The notes under the pieces: generated by a model
Database searches by the model: none
What the model saw: the letters and a program-made list of their open reading frames with translations, nothing else
What the model was told of the DNA's origin: nothing
In this document: in pieces, positions 35,701 to 59,800 of the stretch
Position numbering within the stretch: the stretch's first letter is position 1
How the letters are laid out: each line of letters begins with the position of its first letter
Made by a program: the position numbers and the translations under genes
From: Azolla caroliniana
Taxonomy: Eukaryota; Plantae; Polypodiophyta
NCBI GenBank assembly: GCA_043228905.1
Contig: JBHGNT010000002.1
Span: forward strand, 1,178,001 to 1,242,000
Direction: 5' to 3'
DNA: 64,000 nucleotides

Positions 35701-36336
35701 TACACATGCCCTGTTAAAAGGTGATCATTGCAAGGCCAAGTCTAATTATATATCTTGCCATATGTATGAGGTAGAAGAAAACACCTAACATGGTGGGCAG
35801 ATGTGTCATGTGATGTATTTCTTGTAAAAGTGAGAGCGAATATGTAACAAATAATATTATCACTAATCGTTTTTCTTTTGTGTTTGGTTTGCAGTGTATG
35901 TGCATGCATGCAGGTACATATATTCTTCTATCGTGCCAAATTCTCTCTTAATTTCCACTTGGAAATGTGAAACTAATGATTTTGGAACTATGCACAGACC
36001 CAGCACAAAGTTGAGATGGATAAGCGGGATGGGAAATTTGGCCCGATGCAACCACCACGAGTTCAACAAATGTCTCGGATAGACCAAGCAGTGCCACCAG
36101 CGGTTGGTGGATATCCTCCACAGCTGCCTCCTCCAGTATATGGTCATCCGCCTTCTGTATATGGCCAACCATATCCTCCACCTAATCCTGCACATTATAG
36201 CCAACCGCATCCACCACAATATCAGTATCCTCCCCCACCTCAGGTTTATAATCAACCTTACGGACAAGATTATGCTCCTATAGCTTATCCACCCCAACCA
36301 CCACCACAGGTTTACAATCCAGGTTACCCTAGATAA
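32702..36336 (+). CDS. PLAC8-family Cys-rich protein with Pro/Tyr-rich C-terminal tail, 8 exons
   Basis: Exons 32702-32801, 33005-33026, 34083-34139, 34221-34302, 34810-34905, 34994-35118, 35895-35913 and 35998-36336 in frame: NFWHTDLVGTMTADIPYFCFSLWCAPCASYLLRKRALYDDMSRYVCCAGYMPCSG...CFANSVQSTRFLLQDEFNIQSTKCDNC...VCACMQTQHKVEMDKRD...PPVYGHPP. Confidence 0.92.
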
Positions 36337-36656
36337 AAGGAGCTCATTCGCTCTACTGAAGTGTGCTAACATTAAGATTCGATTATATATTTCTTATGTT
36401 TTCATGTGATGGGTTGTTATATCATTTCTTTCCAATGCTGTTTTATTGTTAGAGCTTAGCATTACGGACAAGAGTATCTCCTATAGCTTATCCACCCCAA
36501 CCACCACCGCAGGTTTATAATCCAGGTTACCCTAGATAAAAGGAGCTCATTCGCTCTACTGAAGTGTGCTAACATTAAGCTTCGATTATATATTTCTTAT
36601 ATTTTCGTGTGATGGGTTATATCATTTTTTTGCAATGCTGTTTTATTCTTAGCATT
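36258..36656 (+). repeat. ~204-bp tandem duplication of the last PLAC8 codons, stop and 3' UTR
   Basis: ttacggacaaga.tat..ctcctatagcttatccaccccaaccaccacc.caggttta.aatccaggttaccctagataaaaggagc at 36258 and 36462. Confidence 0.9.
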
Positions 36657-38136
36657 ATAGTATGATGATCATTCAGGTACACTGCTTCTTGTGCTTATTG
36701 CAATGCTTTATTATTATTATCGGTATTATTGTGAAACCATTCTGCTAGGGTGTCTTTTGTTTCTGGTTTGGAATATATATATATAGGGTGTCTTTTGTTT
36801 CAGGCTTTGTTTGTTTAGGTTATGTTTATTTCTGTTTTGGTTTATCCACCTCATCGACAAGGTTGGAATCATCATTACCGAAGACAATGACATTTTTCTC
36901 TACAAAAGTTCTAACCTATAGCTTGCTCGATATTATGTGTTTGTTCCATCTGTTTAATGCGTTTTTACTTTATCTTTGCATTTACATATTTTATGATTGT
37001 TGTGCAGTTGTTTGGATGGATGATAATCTTTAAAGAAAAAGAATTCACATTGCATGATTCCTATGCATGTCACAAAACCAAATGATAAATTAAAGATCAC
37101 ATTTATAATGTGTATTGATTGCATGAATTTGAGAAAGTCAAAAGGTTTGCTTGCCTATTTGCAAAACCAATGTATATGGTTAGTTCAACTTGGAGGTTTC
37201 TGGTCACCTAAAATATAGGATTAAACACATGTTTATGGAATTTTACCTTATATATAAACATCATTGCAATGGCCTTGCAATGTATCAAACATTATTCCCT
37301 GGCATTAGCTATAATAACATTGTTTAGAAAAGAATGTTAATGTGCATGAATGCTATATTTTTTGGCACCTTAAGTTTGTCTTGAAATTAATGCTTAGAAT
37401 ACTTCAAAGAGAACCTGTTGACACAGGTTTAGACTTTAGTTTATTGGGACTTGGTTTTGCCTCCATGGTTCTTTGTTAACATTCTAGCCTGTTGCTACCC
37501 ATACGACCAATGCCATTATAAATACATTGTACAGAAAAGAAAGTTGATGTGCACAAATACCATGTTTTTGCTTCAAAGAGAAGTTGTTGGCTCAGGTTTA
37601 CACTTTAGTCTTTAGCTTATTGGGGCTTGGTTTCATCTCCATTGCACATTGTTAACAGTCTTCTGTTCAAATGACCAATGATATTCACACATCAAACCAA
37701 GTTAATTAAGTTTGAAGAATTTCTAGAGACCTTTGTACATTATTTTACTGCTAGACTTGACCATAAGCCTCTCATGGCACATTCATGAGATAGGAAATGT
37801 AATTTCTTGAGACCGTGTACAAAGGTTAGACATTATTTTGTTGATCATGTTGATCATAGGCCTCTAATAGCACGTTCATGAGATAAGAAATGTAATTCAA
37901 TACCTCATGTTTTTTCTTAACAATCACAACCTTTTTTCTAGAGTGAAATCTATTTACTTAGAACATAGAAGAGCTACAATAATATAAAGTCATGCCAAAA
38001 CAAATACAATCCTTCATAAAGTAACAAACTTCAAAATAAATTCACATGTTTTCCATGTGTAAATGTTGTTGCTACGTTGCAAGCATATGCAAAGTTCTTG
38101 AGATAGTAAAGATGGAGAGAGGTAAAGGGTCACAAA

Positions 38137-38517
38137 TAACAATCAACAACCGAGGCTTAACGGTTCCGTTCAGTTTCAACAGTTAAAAACCATGGTTTAA
38201 ACAGTTTTAACGGGGTTTTTTTGTTTTTTTATATTTCAAAAAAAAAATTACAATTTAAAAAAAATTGTTTTTAAACAATCTTTTCATTTTCATGCCTTAT
38301 TCTCACATTTTAGGAAAATCTTTAAATTTAAAAAATTTAAATAATGAAATATTTTAAATTTTGACCTAAGTTGAAAACTGAAACCGAAGCACAAAACCAC
38401 GGTTTTACCAGTTTAATGGCTTAACAAATTTTTTTAATGGTTCGAATTAACGGTTTCGTGGTTGGTTCAGTTTTGACCCTCTCGAACCGAACCGAACCGA
38501 ACCATTGCCAATTGTTA
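38137..38517. mobile_element. hAT-type MITE copy 1
   Basis: Ends TAACAAT.../...ATTGTTA; perfect 8-bp TSD GTCACAAA (38129-38136 and 38518-38525); AACCG-rich subterminal repeats. Confidence 0.85.
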
Positions 38518-39054
38518 GTCACAAAAGCCTTTCCTTTTATAACTCTTCAAATTGAAAAGTGAATGTAGTAAATGTTAGTAGAAAGTAAAGAAGAGCATGA
38601 ATCACATAAAAGACAATCGCAATTCTTATCATTCATACATGCGAAAATTTCTCAGACCATTTCACACAAACCTGCTGCAACTTCTGCACGGTAAACAAAA
38701 TGTAGTAATGAAGGAACAAAATGTCGCAATGCAATGGAGCATTAAAATGCGAGAACTTCTCACCCCATCCAACAGCTCTTTTGCTTTGTGGATATCATCA
38801 TTGCATTAAGAAAGCTTCCCACAGTACAAACCCGCAAACCCAGATAGACTAGAATGTGTGTACAAGGTACACAAGGAAAAAAACACGTGCTTCAACATGC
38901 TCTACTTTTCCTATTATTGTTATTGAAACTGTTGAATACAAAATTGCCTTGCCATAGATTTTAACTCATAGTACGTCATACTCCGGTAGAGTATCTTGCA
39001 GAGAGATGGCTACAGAAATAATTCTTTGGCCATATGTACATTACGAAAGCTAGC

Positions 39055-48437
<9,383 letters not shown>

Positions 48438-48607
48438 GGAAAACCTCTGTTCTTTTTTGTTTTTTTGTTCCTTTTTTTTGTTTTTGTTTTTGTTTTTGTT
48501 TTTGTTTTTTGCTTTGCTTTGAGGAAACAGGGGAAGCAGAAACACAGAGAAAGAATCCTTCTTCTCTTTTCTTCTTCTTCTTCTTCCTTCTTCTTCTTTC
48601 TTCTTTT

Positions 48608-48680
48608 GCCACGTGGACATAATCTTGCTTGTTATAATTTTTGTTCATTGATCTCGGCCTAATGGACGCTTGCCACGTGT
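48608..48680 (-). promoter_or_regulatory. Paired G-box/ABRE elements upstream of PGM
   Basis: GCCACGTG twice (cores 48610-48615 and 48674-48679), 170-240 bp upstream of the PGM ATG. Confidence 0.55.
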
Positions 48681-51600
48681 ATAGTACTTTTATCTTCAAC
48701 AGCGTGGCTCCTCGGAGATCCGTCACGCAGACCTCTCTCTCTCTCTCTCTCGTGTGTGTGTGTGTCTGCTTGAAGACCGTATGAAATGTCGACTCGACTC
48801 ATGAGAGACCATGTCTGCTCTCGAGGACTAGACGAAATCTGGGCTCAAATCATGAGATTGTGGTGCTCAAGAAGAATGATCAAACCGAAAACTCATTTGA
48901 TGATGCCACCACCATTGCAACATTTCGATTGGAAACCCGACAAAATGTATATATACATATTCGGCGGTACCATGGCAGGCAGGCAAAAATCTGTTGCGTG
49001 ATAGTGAAAGGATGGATGAATCGTGTTGTCATGAAGAATCGCAAAGTAACCAACAGTCGAGAGATTGGCTAGTAGTGACAAACAAACAATGCCAACCACA
49101 AATTCTTTCTGTCCCACGAACCTCTCGTGCTCGCTCTGTGTGATTGATCAACTTTCCATTACAGATCACTCGATATTCTCCACCTCTTAATAGTTTTGTC
49201 AACCATATTGCATGATGATTCTTTATATGGATTCAAACTCATGACACACGAAGAATGTATATTGATTTCGCAAACCAATGCCTTAAACCAACTCGGATTG
49301 TACCTCAATTTGGATGAGGGATTCATCTTTATCCCAACCAATCATATGTTTTTAGGGCTAATATGAACACAAGCTCATTCTCTATCTACGAATCTGCTTC
49401 ACTTCAATGGAGAGAGAATACTTAAAAGTCAATAAACCCCTCGTCAACACGGTGCATGCCTCCTATGCGCGAATCCACTTCACTTCACTACCTTAGTGTT
49501 TGAAGGGTATGAGTAGATGTTGGGTTATGGAGAGAGAATACATAAAAGTCAATAAACCCATCGTCAACATGGTGCATGCCTCCCATGCGACACTAGCTTG
49601 TCATAAATTGAGGCAATGATTAAGGATTGGGACACAATCAAGTAGGTAGAAAACATGAGCAGTTGGAAAACGAGTTTTAAAATTATTATTTCACAATTAA
49701 ACATTGGTTTTGATCTGGTGACGGACTTCTAGATTCAACTAATTTGATGCTTTGCGACATTTATTCTCGAAATACAAAAAATAATCATGCTCAATTCATG
49801 CAAGAATGTGAAGTCATTGCATCAACAAAAACATATTGTTTCTTATTTTCCTTCCGATGTGAAATGGGTGTAGAATAAAATTCATTATTGGTATGCTTGC
49901 ATAGGAAACAAATGGCATGTGCCATTGCAAAATTGTCTTACCCATGTCCCTTGAAAAGTGGGTTGTACACCCACACAGTTGAGTGGTCGTACACTAATGT
50001 GTTACTATTATCGATGCATCAATATACATATGATATCGGTCAACATGTGTGTTTTTTAATGTGTGGCGTGTGTTTTTTACATTGTCTCTTACACAGGAAT
50101 GTGTGTCGTTTCTAAACCATTTGGTTGTGGGGTAAGTGGGTTGTATTTGTTTGATGTGGTTTTGTGAGCTGTAAGTATTTTGCTAGGAAAAGGAATGGCA
50201 TATATTATTTCAAGTCGCGGAAGTGTGAAATTTGTAAAACCATTTATTCATGCAAAATTTGTCGTGTATGAATTCAAAATACAAGCAAATATTCTTTCTA
50301 TAATGGATCCAACATCATATCTATTTCTTGAGACTCGAGTCCACAACCTTTACCCCTCTATCATCATACTTTTATATTTTTAAATCCAATATGTTAATGT
50401 TGTCAAGTTGATGAATATGAAACCCATACATTTTCAATTGAATCCATGAATATTTCTCAAGTCTATGACATGACATCTGAAGGCATTGTTCAAGCCTCTA
50501 CCATATGATAATTATGTATTTAATGTAGATATGGCATGACTGGTTTGGTTTCATTTCATGCGGATGCGATATGTATCTATTATTATTAACATTGCATGAG
50601 GTACACGACACTTTTCTATCGTTGAATATGAATTTATAAAGTCGTTTCTTTAGGAGCAAACTATTAATGTGCAAGGAACAAATAGAACACGACTAACACT
50701 AGGCTCATCAGTCCAGTAGTACGAATTTCACTTTTCCTTATATTTGCATGTTTCAAAATCTACGAATAATTCCATTCTTGCTATGTTTTGCCCTAGAATA
50801 TTCACTTGTAACATAATTTAGAGCTAGGTCGAATATTCTCCCTTTCCCTTGATTCTGTGACAATATTCTTATGCTTGTTATTTGAACCAACATATGATTA
50901 TGGTTATGATCAATTACATCCAAAATTAAGAGGTTCTTTTAATGAAACATAGCATCAATTTATAGTAAAGAGTACATTATTGTCATTGTAAGAACAAAGC
51001 AATCACTGGCTATTTTCTTCTTCTTAAAATTGCTTCAAAGGTGATAGTGGTTGTTATCAAACTATGCATATTCCGTTGTTAATTAGCCTTAGTAAGAAGA
51101 AGGGATGCTTTGAGTATCGGTTAACTTACCTTGATAAGGTGTTGTTTTAGGTATGGGAAAAGGAAAGGTGATTGGGACATTTATCAAATTTGGATGCCTT
51201 GTTGGTAAAAAAAGCAATACCCATAATTATCCTCCTATATCATTGTATGAAATTAAGATTTTATCAAGCTCTTGTTGTGTTGCATAAATTACATATTGGT
51301 GCCATCTATTTATCAATTATTAAGGTCTTTGTTATGGTTTGGCATTGTTTTGTTCTTGCCATGTATCCCAAATTTTATTTTCATGCGTTGTACTCCTTTT
51401 CAGGGAGATCTCACCATAAGATCCTAACATAACATCTCATTTTATCTTGTATATAAGTTAGAACATTGTGTAGTTTCACCACATCAAGCACATAAGCTCC
51501 AATTTGCTACAAGTCTCCATTCCTCACACATTTATTTGAACTATCATTGTTGAGGATGTCTTGATCAAATTAACATGCCATTTATGTCTATCCTAGTCAT

Positions 51601-52611
51601 CTATATCTCAAATGGCATGGAGAGAGATTATCGACAACCTCACGCAATACTCATGTTGCCACCAAAGGTAACTTAGGACTCTATAAAAGTTTTAGTCAAT
51701 TTTGGAAGCCTACGCAACATTTAATCACACTTGAATGGTGCTTGTAGAGTATATAATGTGTTAAATTGCATCTTGTAGTTTACTAAATCAAGACCTTCAT
51801 TACCTTATGGTTCCTCAAACTATTAATGATTGTTTGATTATAGCCAAACAACACATTTCACAAATTCAACAACATCATAAACTTAATTTACAACATTTAG
51901 GGGACACAAAAAACTATTTCAATGCCAATATTGAGACGCATTATTATTATCATGAAACTATTGTTTTATTGCCATTGTTGTTTAAGATGAAATGCCAAGG
52001 ATAAAACCCAACAAGGTTACTGTAAGAAATATGGAGTGAAATTGTAGCCACTCTAAAGAGCCAATATGATGGCCTCAAGGGCGGTTCTGATGTAGTTGAA
52101 AGACAACGAATAGCCTTCATCCAACAATGGTCGTCCTCTCCCTTTCTTGAGTCAGTAGGCATCCACATAAGATGGAACTATCGCGTCCCTACAAGGATTT
52201 GTACATAATAATCTCATTTGTAAATTTTTATAACTAATGGAAGGTGTTTTTTTTTTGGAAAAAAGAAAGAAAGAAAGAAGAAGGATGGAAGCCATAAAAA
52301 ACAAGGGATGACATTGAGCTCGTGTTGTGTTGATCACTTGTGTTTATATCAAAGTATTGTCCACATTTCATATGCAAGCTTACATTGATTTTATTTATAT
52401 ATAATGTTAGTTTGCTCATGCACGTTGTGTAACGCCTCTTGAATATACATAAATCAACATTCCATTTTGTCATTCTAAATTTTGCGTTTTTATGGAGCGG
52501 GTGGGTCTAAAACAAACCAAAGAGTTATCTTAGGTCTAATTATAAAGCGCTTATACTAATGAAAGCCCATAAAACACCCAAACAATTTCATATGGATGTA
52601 GCTATTAATAT

Positions 52612-52960
52612 TAGCAATCGGCAACACCGAACCGAACCGCAAAATCGTTGTTTAACGGCTTAACAATTTAAGCGGTTCGATTTAAACAGTTTCACGGTTT
52701 AGGGTTGCCACTTGATTATTTTCTTAAATATTTTTTTGGACAACCTTTTCATTTTAAAGTCTAATTCTAACATTTTAAGTAAAATCTTTAATGCTTGAAA
52801 TATTGAAAAATTGAATTTTGACCTAACTTGAAAACCAAATTTGACCTGCAAAACCGTGGTTTTAATAGTTTGGATTTTTTGTAACGGTTTCGGTTTAAAT
52901 TTCAAATTTTTTTTACGGTTTGAGTTTGACATCGTTGAACGGAACTATTGCCGATTGCTA
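52612..52960. mobile_element. hAT-type MITE copy 3
   Basis: TIR TAGCAATCGGCAA...TTGCCGATTGCTA; 8-bp TSD ATTAATAT/ATTGATAT (1 mismatch); internal similarity to copies 1 and 2. Confidence 0.85.
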
Positions 52961-55229
52961 ATTGATATTTCACTATTAGTCATGGTATGTGGTATGCTAG
53001 AGAACCAAGTTGAAATTTATTTTCAAAATAAGTCCACGTGGACGAAGTAGTCAAAAAGTCACTCCCATGGATACTACATGATGAGTGTGATTGTATCAAT
53101 AAATAACTCGATAGCGGATGAGCAAGGACACAAAGGCAAACCAATTCCTTGACTTTCATTTTTTCCTAGTGTACATTAAAAACAAAAATTCACTAGCATT
53201 ATTAAATATAGCATATTTGTTGCCACAAAAGGTATGTCAGTGGTTTTTTTGGTGCCAAGATGATTTTTCCTCTTGGTTGTGATGTCACACATGGTGCTAA
53301 ACAATCTCCATTGATGAAGAATTATAATAAGTATAAATTTAATGGCCAATGCTTTTAGTTCTTTGTATTGTGATCATAGATTGACACATACGATATTTGA
53401 GAATGAAAAACTACCATTCGTTTTAATTTTATATAATAAAAATTAATTAATTCACTGATACATTACTTAATTTACTAATACGTTACTTAATTCACTAAAA
53501 CATCAATTAATTCATTAATAATTTATTAATTAGGTTTCAACTAAACTTAGTGTTTCCTTGAAACCTTGAGCTTGCAACTAATAGCAGAATATAGAATTCG
53601 CATAGAGCATGAGAGATAGGCAAGGATGTAGGCTGAAAAGAAGAAATATGGTCGAATTAGGGTTTTGATTGAAATTAGGGTTTTCAGCCGAAACCCTAAT
53701 TTCCTAGCCAAGAACAGGATGCAAAGGGAGGCGAGGATGTAAGCATCAAGCATACGGAGCAACATGAGGCTTCCTCACTTGTTGCGTTGTTCCCTCGCTC
53801 GCTAAAAAACAAAACGAATACATTTACATGTATTCGTATTCGCATTCGTATGCATCGGTGGGGCAGGCCCCACGTATGCGAATATGTCAATCTATGATTA
53901 TGATATAGTTCTCTTTTGTTGTTGTTTTTGTAGTTTTAAATTTGCATTATTTTCTCATTTATTACTAAGAATGTTGCTCTCAAGGACGTTATGGTTAGGG
54001 GTTCCCAAAATGTCCAACCATTGGGAAATGCGTTCTTCATAACAAAGTTTCCTTCGTCTCCGTTGTTATATTGACTCTTTCAAAGGTAGCTAGTTTATTG
54101 ACCCAAATATATTGTATAGAATGACTATATGACCATTGAAAGATGGTTTGCATCTAATGGTACATGTTTTAACAATTTGATCACATCGATTAGATTACAT
54201 TTGTGGCTACATTCTAATTGCAACCATTCAAGTCAAATTAGATAATAAAATTAGTTTGGTTGAAAATGGGATTACCCATCAAATAAAAAAGGGTTGATTC
54301 TACCTATGTAATGTTTGATAGGAATATGCATTGTTGGTATGAAGTTTGGCAGGCAAACACCCTATAGTTGGAGTGAGGGTGTCGACCACTCTCAAAAATG
54401 TTAATTAAGCAACATGTTCACTTAACAATTTGTCCTCCTACTTTCGCTCTAACATCTTAAATATTTTATTAAATATATCAATGAAAAGTCTTAACACACA
54501 TTCTCAATTTTACCTTTTCAAAGAAATCAAAATAAACCTATATAATTACAACATGCTCTCATTTATTGATAGAAGCGAATGACACTCAAAAACTTGCAGT
54601 AGAAACTAGAGTTCGAGTTTCTAACTGAGAGAGCGAGAGAGAGAGATTAACTTCTTCTAAAACCAAATTTGCCAATGAGACAATTGATTACAATAATGGG
54701 CATGTGTATCCAATCATTGAAAATAATAAATAAATAAAACATAAATAAAAGAGTTTGAGCATGGTACAAAAGATGTTATGCAATGTAACATGTTCTATAA
54801 AGGAAATGACTATATGTCAAGATTAGTTTCATTTCCATCCAAGTCTCTCGAAAAGGAATGTGGAATTGAAGGGTTTCGATGCGAGTGTGGCTCGTGGTCT
54901 CGATGTAAATGATATCCCGTCTAGAGCTTCTGGGCGGGGTAACTCACGTTCCCTTATCTTCTTAATTATTGTACACGATGAGTGACTTTGAAGCCTAGTA
55001 TTCGAGGGCGTTTGGTCATTCATTTGTTTTCTACTTTAACGAGGGAGAGGTTGAGTGGTGTAGGTGTGTCCATGTCACCCCCTCTTAAAAAAATTCAAAC
55101 TCCACTCCCCAAAAAAATTTAATGGTGATGTGTTTGTGAGTATTAAAAAGGTCATAGTTAACATTTTGTAGCTTATTCTCTATATGTTCTTTTAATTCTA
55201 AGATATACCTACCTAGTGTCTTTATATTC

Positions 55230-55760
55230 GAAGTATCCAATAGTTGGGAGAGGGCACAAGTATGTCTTGGTATTTTACCCTTATCTCAACGTAAGCTAGA
55301 CATTTACATGTAGAACATACTCATCCTCTATCTGTATGTGACATAATTTACATGTCTTTTCCTCTTTGGGAACTCCATTAGCACAACCATTTTCAATCAC
55401 AAGTTGGTGGGATGATACTCTAAGTTGTCCAATGGCAACCTTTGGTGCATTTGGTGCATTTGGTAAGAACGTATCTAGATATTTTGGTTGTATAATGAAA
55501 CCTAACTCAAAAAAATGCATGAGGTGTTCCTAATAGTACAACATTTTAGATGGGAGTAGATCTGATGGGTTAGTCCATTTGTGTTTAGTAGAAACTTGTC
55601 ACATTTTTGGGCTTATCACTTTATTACGATCTTCATGACATATTGATGTTTTATCAGTCTCATGGTAGGTTATTAATGTCTAGGCCATTTGTAAAAAGCC
55701 AACGTACAACAATAATATACCAAGAACTGGTATACTCAACACAAGGTCTTTGTCTCTTGT
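55230..55760 (-). mobile_element. LINE 3'-terminal fragment
   Basis: ORF 55296-55520 IGQLRVSSHQLVIENG...CKLCHIQIEDEYV resembles a C-terminal LINE zinc-knuckle region and the fragment at ~44592-44820 (SHNLGIEV...CKERLVEDEYH). Confidence 0.65.
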
Positions 55761-56589
55761 TGATTGTCTACTTCCCTTCTCTTGGGTTGCCATTAGACTT
55801 ATCCCTATGGTACTTGTTATGGGGATGACCATAAATTATCCTCGTGTATAGAATTCTAGGGTACAACTTACCAAGGGATAAATTATGGTCATGTTTGTAA
55901 CCGGGGCATGACCATAATTGTACTAATGACAATGTCGATGCGGTTGGAAAGGCAAAGTGAAGCATTACATGGCAAGCATTTGAGATGCCATCATGGTTAT
56001 GTGCTTCAAAATGGAACAAAAGAATTCCAAAGTCCTCGTCCAAGGAGGGAATCATAAGTCAATATTTTTCTTATTTACAGTTGAGATGCTTATTTAGAAG
56101 AAAGAAAGATATGTTCACGTCTTTTAAGACCAAAATTGGCCCATGAGAGAGAAACCTCACTATTGAGACTAGGAGTTCAACATTGTACTTGTTTTAATCA
56201 ATTATTGTGTTTATTGGATAAAATATATGATTCAATCCTAGACATATTCTTCAATTTTGGACAATTTTTTTTGGAAAGGTCTCTTGCATGGGTCACATTT
56301 GCTTTGAATGAGCATTGTTGTAAAGTACATTTTGGAGCATTCTATATTTTAAACCATTCGTGCAATACGATTCATATATTTATTATTATTTTGTTCTAGA
56401 TGTTCCCTTGGGATTTTGATTTGCTTAATCTATTGCGAGTATTTCGCTTCTCTTTAGGTCATTCTAAGTTTCAAGTATGAAGGTTTGTATGCCAGTGTGA
56501 GATTTGTATGATTTCTAGACCATACAAACACAAAGTAACTATAAGATAGTAACGGTTAATACACTCAAATGATACATTGCATTTATCAT

Positions 56590-56726
56590 CGTCCAAGAGG
56601 GAAGTAAGGATCTCAAAAGCGACATTCTACCTCAAAGGACCTCGCGCATATATCTTAGCGTCCAAGAGGGAAGTAAGGATCTCAAAAGCGACATTCTACC
56701 TCAAAGGACCTCGCGCATATATCTTA
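56590..56726. repeat. 69-bp tandem duplication
   Basis: cgtccaagagggaagtaaggatctcaaaagcgacattctacctcaaaggacctcgcgcatatatctta occurs twice. Confidence 0.95.
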
Positions 56727-56813
56727 TCCATTCCTCTCCCAACACTACCTACACTTGTCCAAAACATGATAATAAGGCAAGGACCAGAAATAGCGGGAAT
56801 TAGTTGAGGTACA

Positions 56814-59800
56814 TGTTGGGTTCTTGCTTTGAATCCCAAAAAGCTTACCCACTTTAGGGTGATGAGAGTATATATAGACAGGGGGAAAAAACCTCCTAAA
56901 GAGGGAAAAAATGCCCATGTTGTCCTAAGTGTGTTCATACACATCACTACCGAAATATGTCAACAAATCCCCCATTGGGAGTGATGCGGTGAATGAGGAG
57001 CTAGCACTCATGGCTAAGCAAGTACCAAGCTATGTGGATAGAGATCAATCCACAAATGGAAGTAGGCCTAAAGCTTTGCAGAAAGCTTCAAACTTCTCCC
57101 TAGGCAGAGCCTTTGTGAAGAGGTATGCAATGTTCTCTTGCGTGGGCACATAAGCCAAACTGATCTCTCCGGTGGAGAACCTTTCCCTGACATAGTGATA
57201 ATGCGCCTCAATGTGTTTAGTGCGAGCATGGAACACAAGGTTCCTCGCAACTGCCATTGCGCTTTGATTGTTAGTGAAGATGGTGGTGGCAGAAGACTAA
57301 CCAACACCCAAATCAATTAAAAGGCGTCTGAGCCACACACACTCAACTTTAGCTGTGAAAGTTGACCTATACTCGGCCTCACAACTAGAAGTGGCCACAG
57401 TAGGTTGCTTCTTGCTCAACCACGATATGCATGAGCTACCAAGCATGAAGCAAAAATCACTTGTGGACACACGAGTGTCATAACAACCAGCACATTCAGA
57501 GTCAGAAAAAGCATGCAGGTCTGGCGGTAGTGTTCCCCCCTTGGGATAAAACAACCTAGGTGACCGGGTACCACTCAAGTAGCGAAATATGCGCTTAACT
57601 GCTTGTCAATGCTTAACTCCTGGGCAATGCATAAACCTACTCATTTGAGAGACAACAAACTGAATATCAGGTCGGGTTATGCATAAGTAAATCAAGCATC
57701 CAACTGCCTGCTGATAGAGAACAACATCAAATGCATCTCCAGCATCATGAAGGCTCAAACGTAAACTTGTCTCTATGGGAGTGGCAATAGGTTTATAGTC
57801 TTCAAGGCCAAAATGTTGCAATAATGTGTCAATGTATTTCGATTGACACAAATCTATTCCACCATCAACTTGCATAAATAAAATGCCCAGATAATGATGC
57901 AAATGCCCCAAATCTGACATCTCAAAAGAGGCATGCAAATCAGCCTTAAAGTTAACAATATGCTTCTCATTGGGACCAGTGAGCAACATATCATCGACAT
58001 ACACAATCATGATCAGAAATACATCATCAACATGCTTAACATATAAGGTGCTTTCAATTGGACTATTGTCAAACTCAAATCCAATCAAATTGGCATGTAT
58101 CTTTTCATACCAAGAACGTGGTGATTGCTTCAAGCCATATAATGCCTTTCTCATACACTTCCTCATGAAGATCACCATTTAGAAATGTTGTTTTAATGTC
58201 CAATTGATGTACATTCCAACCACGTTGAGCTGCAAATGCACAAATGTTATGAATAGTAGTCATACGACAGGTGGGAGGAATGGTCTCATCAAAATCAATG
58301 CCTTTTTCTTGGGCATAACCTTTCGCAACAAGCCTAGCCTTATACTTGTCAACTGTTCCATCAGGTTTATGCTTCAGGTTATATACCCACTTAGTGCCAA
58401 TAGCCTTCTTGCCAAGAGGCAAGTCACACAAAGACCATGTACCAGTCTTCATAATAACATCATATTCTGATTGCATAGCAACCATCCAATTTTCTGAATT
58501 GTGTGCTTCATCAAAAGAAACAGGTTCATTCTCATCACAAAGACTAGAGGTAGCCATAGAATAAAAATATGATGCAAAAGAAGCATTATGATAACCTGAG
58601 CGAGTACGATATGACAAAGGAAAATCCAATTTGCTATCTTACGAAGTCTACAATAGCCATTTAGGCACAATCTTTGCCTCCTCTATATCAACCCTCTCAT
58701 TAATAAGTGCATCATGTAAGTATGCATCAGAAATAGAATGATCTGCATCAGAAATGGAATGATCTACATAATTATGAGTAGCTTCCAAAGGCTGAGAAGG
58801 TGCCTCGAGTGGGCCAACACTTAACTATCCACTTGTAAAAAGAGGCAACAAAGTGTCATACACATATCTGGATCTAACTGATGTCTCCATAGTACATGAA
58901 AGAAGTGGTTGAATTTGCATACTCCACAAAAACAACATCACGGCTAACCAAAATGCGTTTAGATTGTGGATGATATAGATGATAGCCTTTGCTTTTAGAA
59001 CTATATCCTACAAAAATACATTTCCCTGCTTTATCATCCAATTTTTTGCATTGTTGTTTAGGCACTAATGCATATGCCAAATAACCAAAAACACACAGAT
59101 GAGCAACAAATGGCTTTTGGCCATGCCAAGATTCATATGGAGTGATAGAGTGCATTGCTTTAGTGGGACACCTGTTGAGTACATATGTTACACACATGAC
59201 AACCTCAAGCCAAAAACTATGTGGTAAGGCATGACTTTTGACCATACACCTCGCCATTTCCATGAGTGAACTGTTCTTTCTTTCAGCAACTCCATTTTGT
59301 CGAGGTGTATACGACACTGTACATTGATGTTTTATCCCACGTTCAACCAGAAACGCATTAAACTCAGAAGACATATACTCCCCCCCTCAATTAGAACGGA
59401 GGGTGCCCATTTTACATGCTAACAGATTTTCAGCCCAAGCTAGAAACTGTTTGAAGCACAAAAACTCTTTGGACTTTGCCTTCAATGGATATACCCATGC
59501 ATGCCTAGAAAAGTCATCAATGAAAGTCACGAAGTAAAGATAGTTCCCAAGAGAATGTGTCTACATAGGACCACAAACATCAATATGAACAAGCTGCAAT
59601 TTTGCGTAGCTCTAACCGAACCATCTTTTGGAAAAGATGAACGTTGCATTTGGCCCAAAATACAACCTTCACAAACATGCTTCCGAGGTGCCTCAAGTTT
59701 GAGCAAGGAGGACACCATTTCAGATTTCTACATGCGAAGCGAATCCACCAAAACCTGTAGCGGATACTAAGAATCCTAATAAAATAGAACTTGTTAGGAT

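Noticed and set aside
48786-52200. Short ORFs and possible transposase relics upstream of PGM
   Set aside because: No recognisable domain or consistent exon chain.
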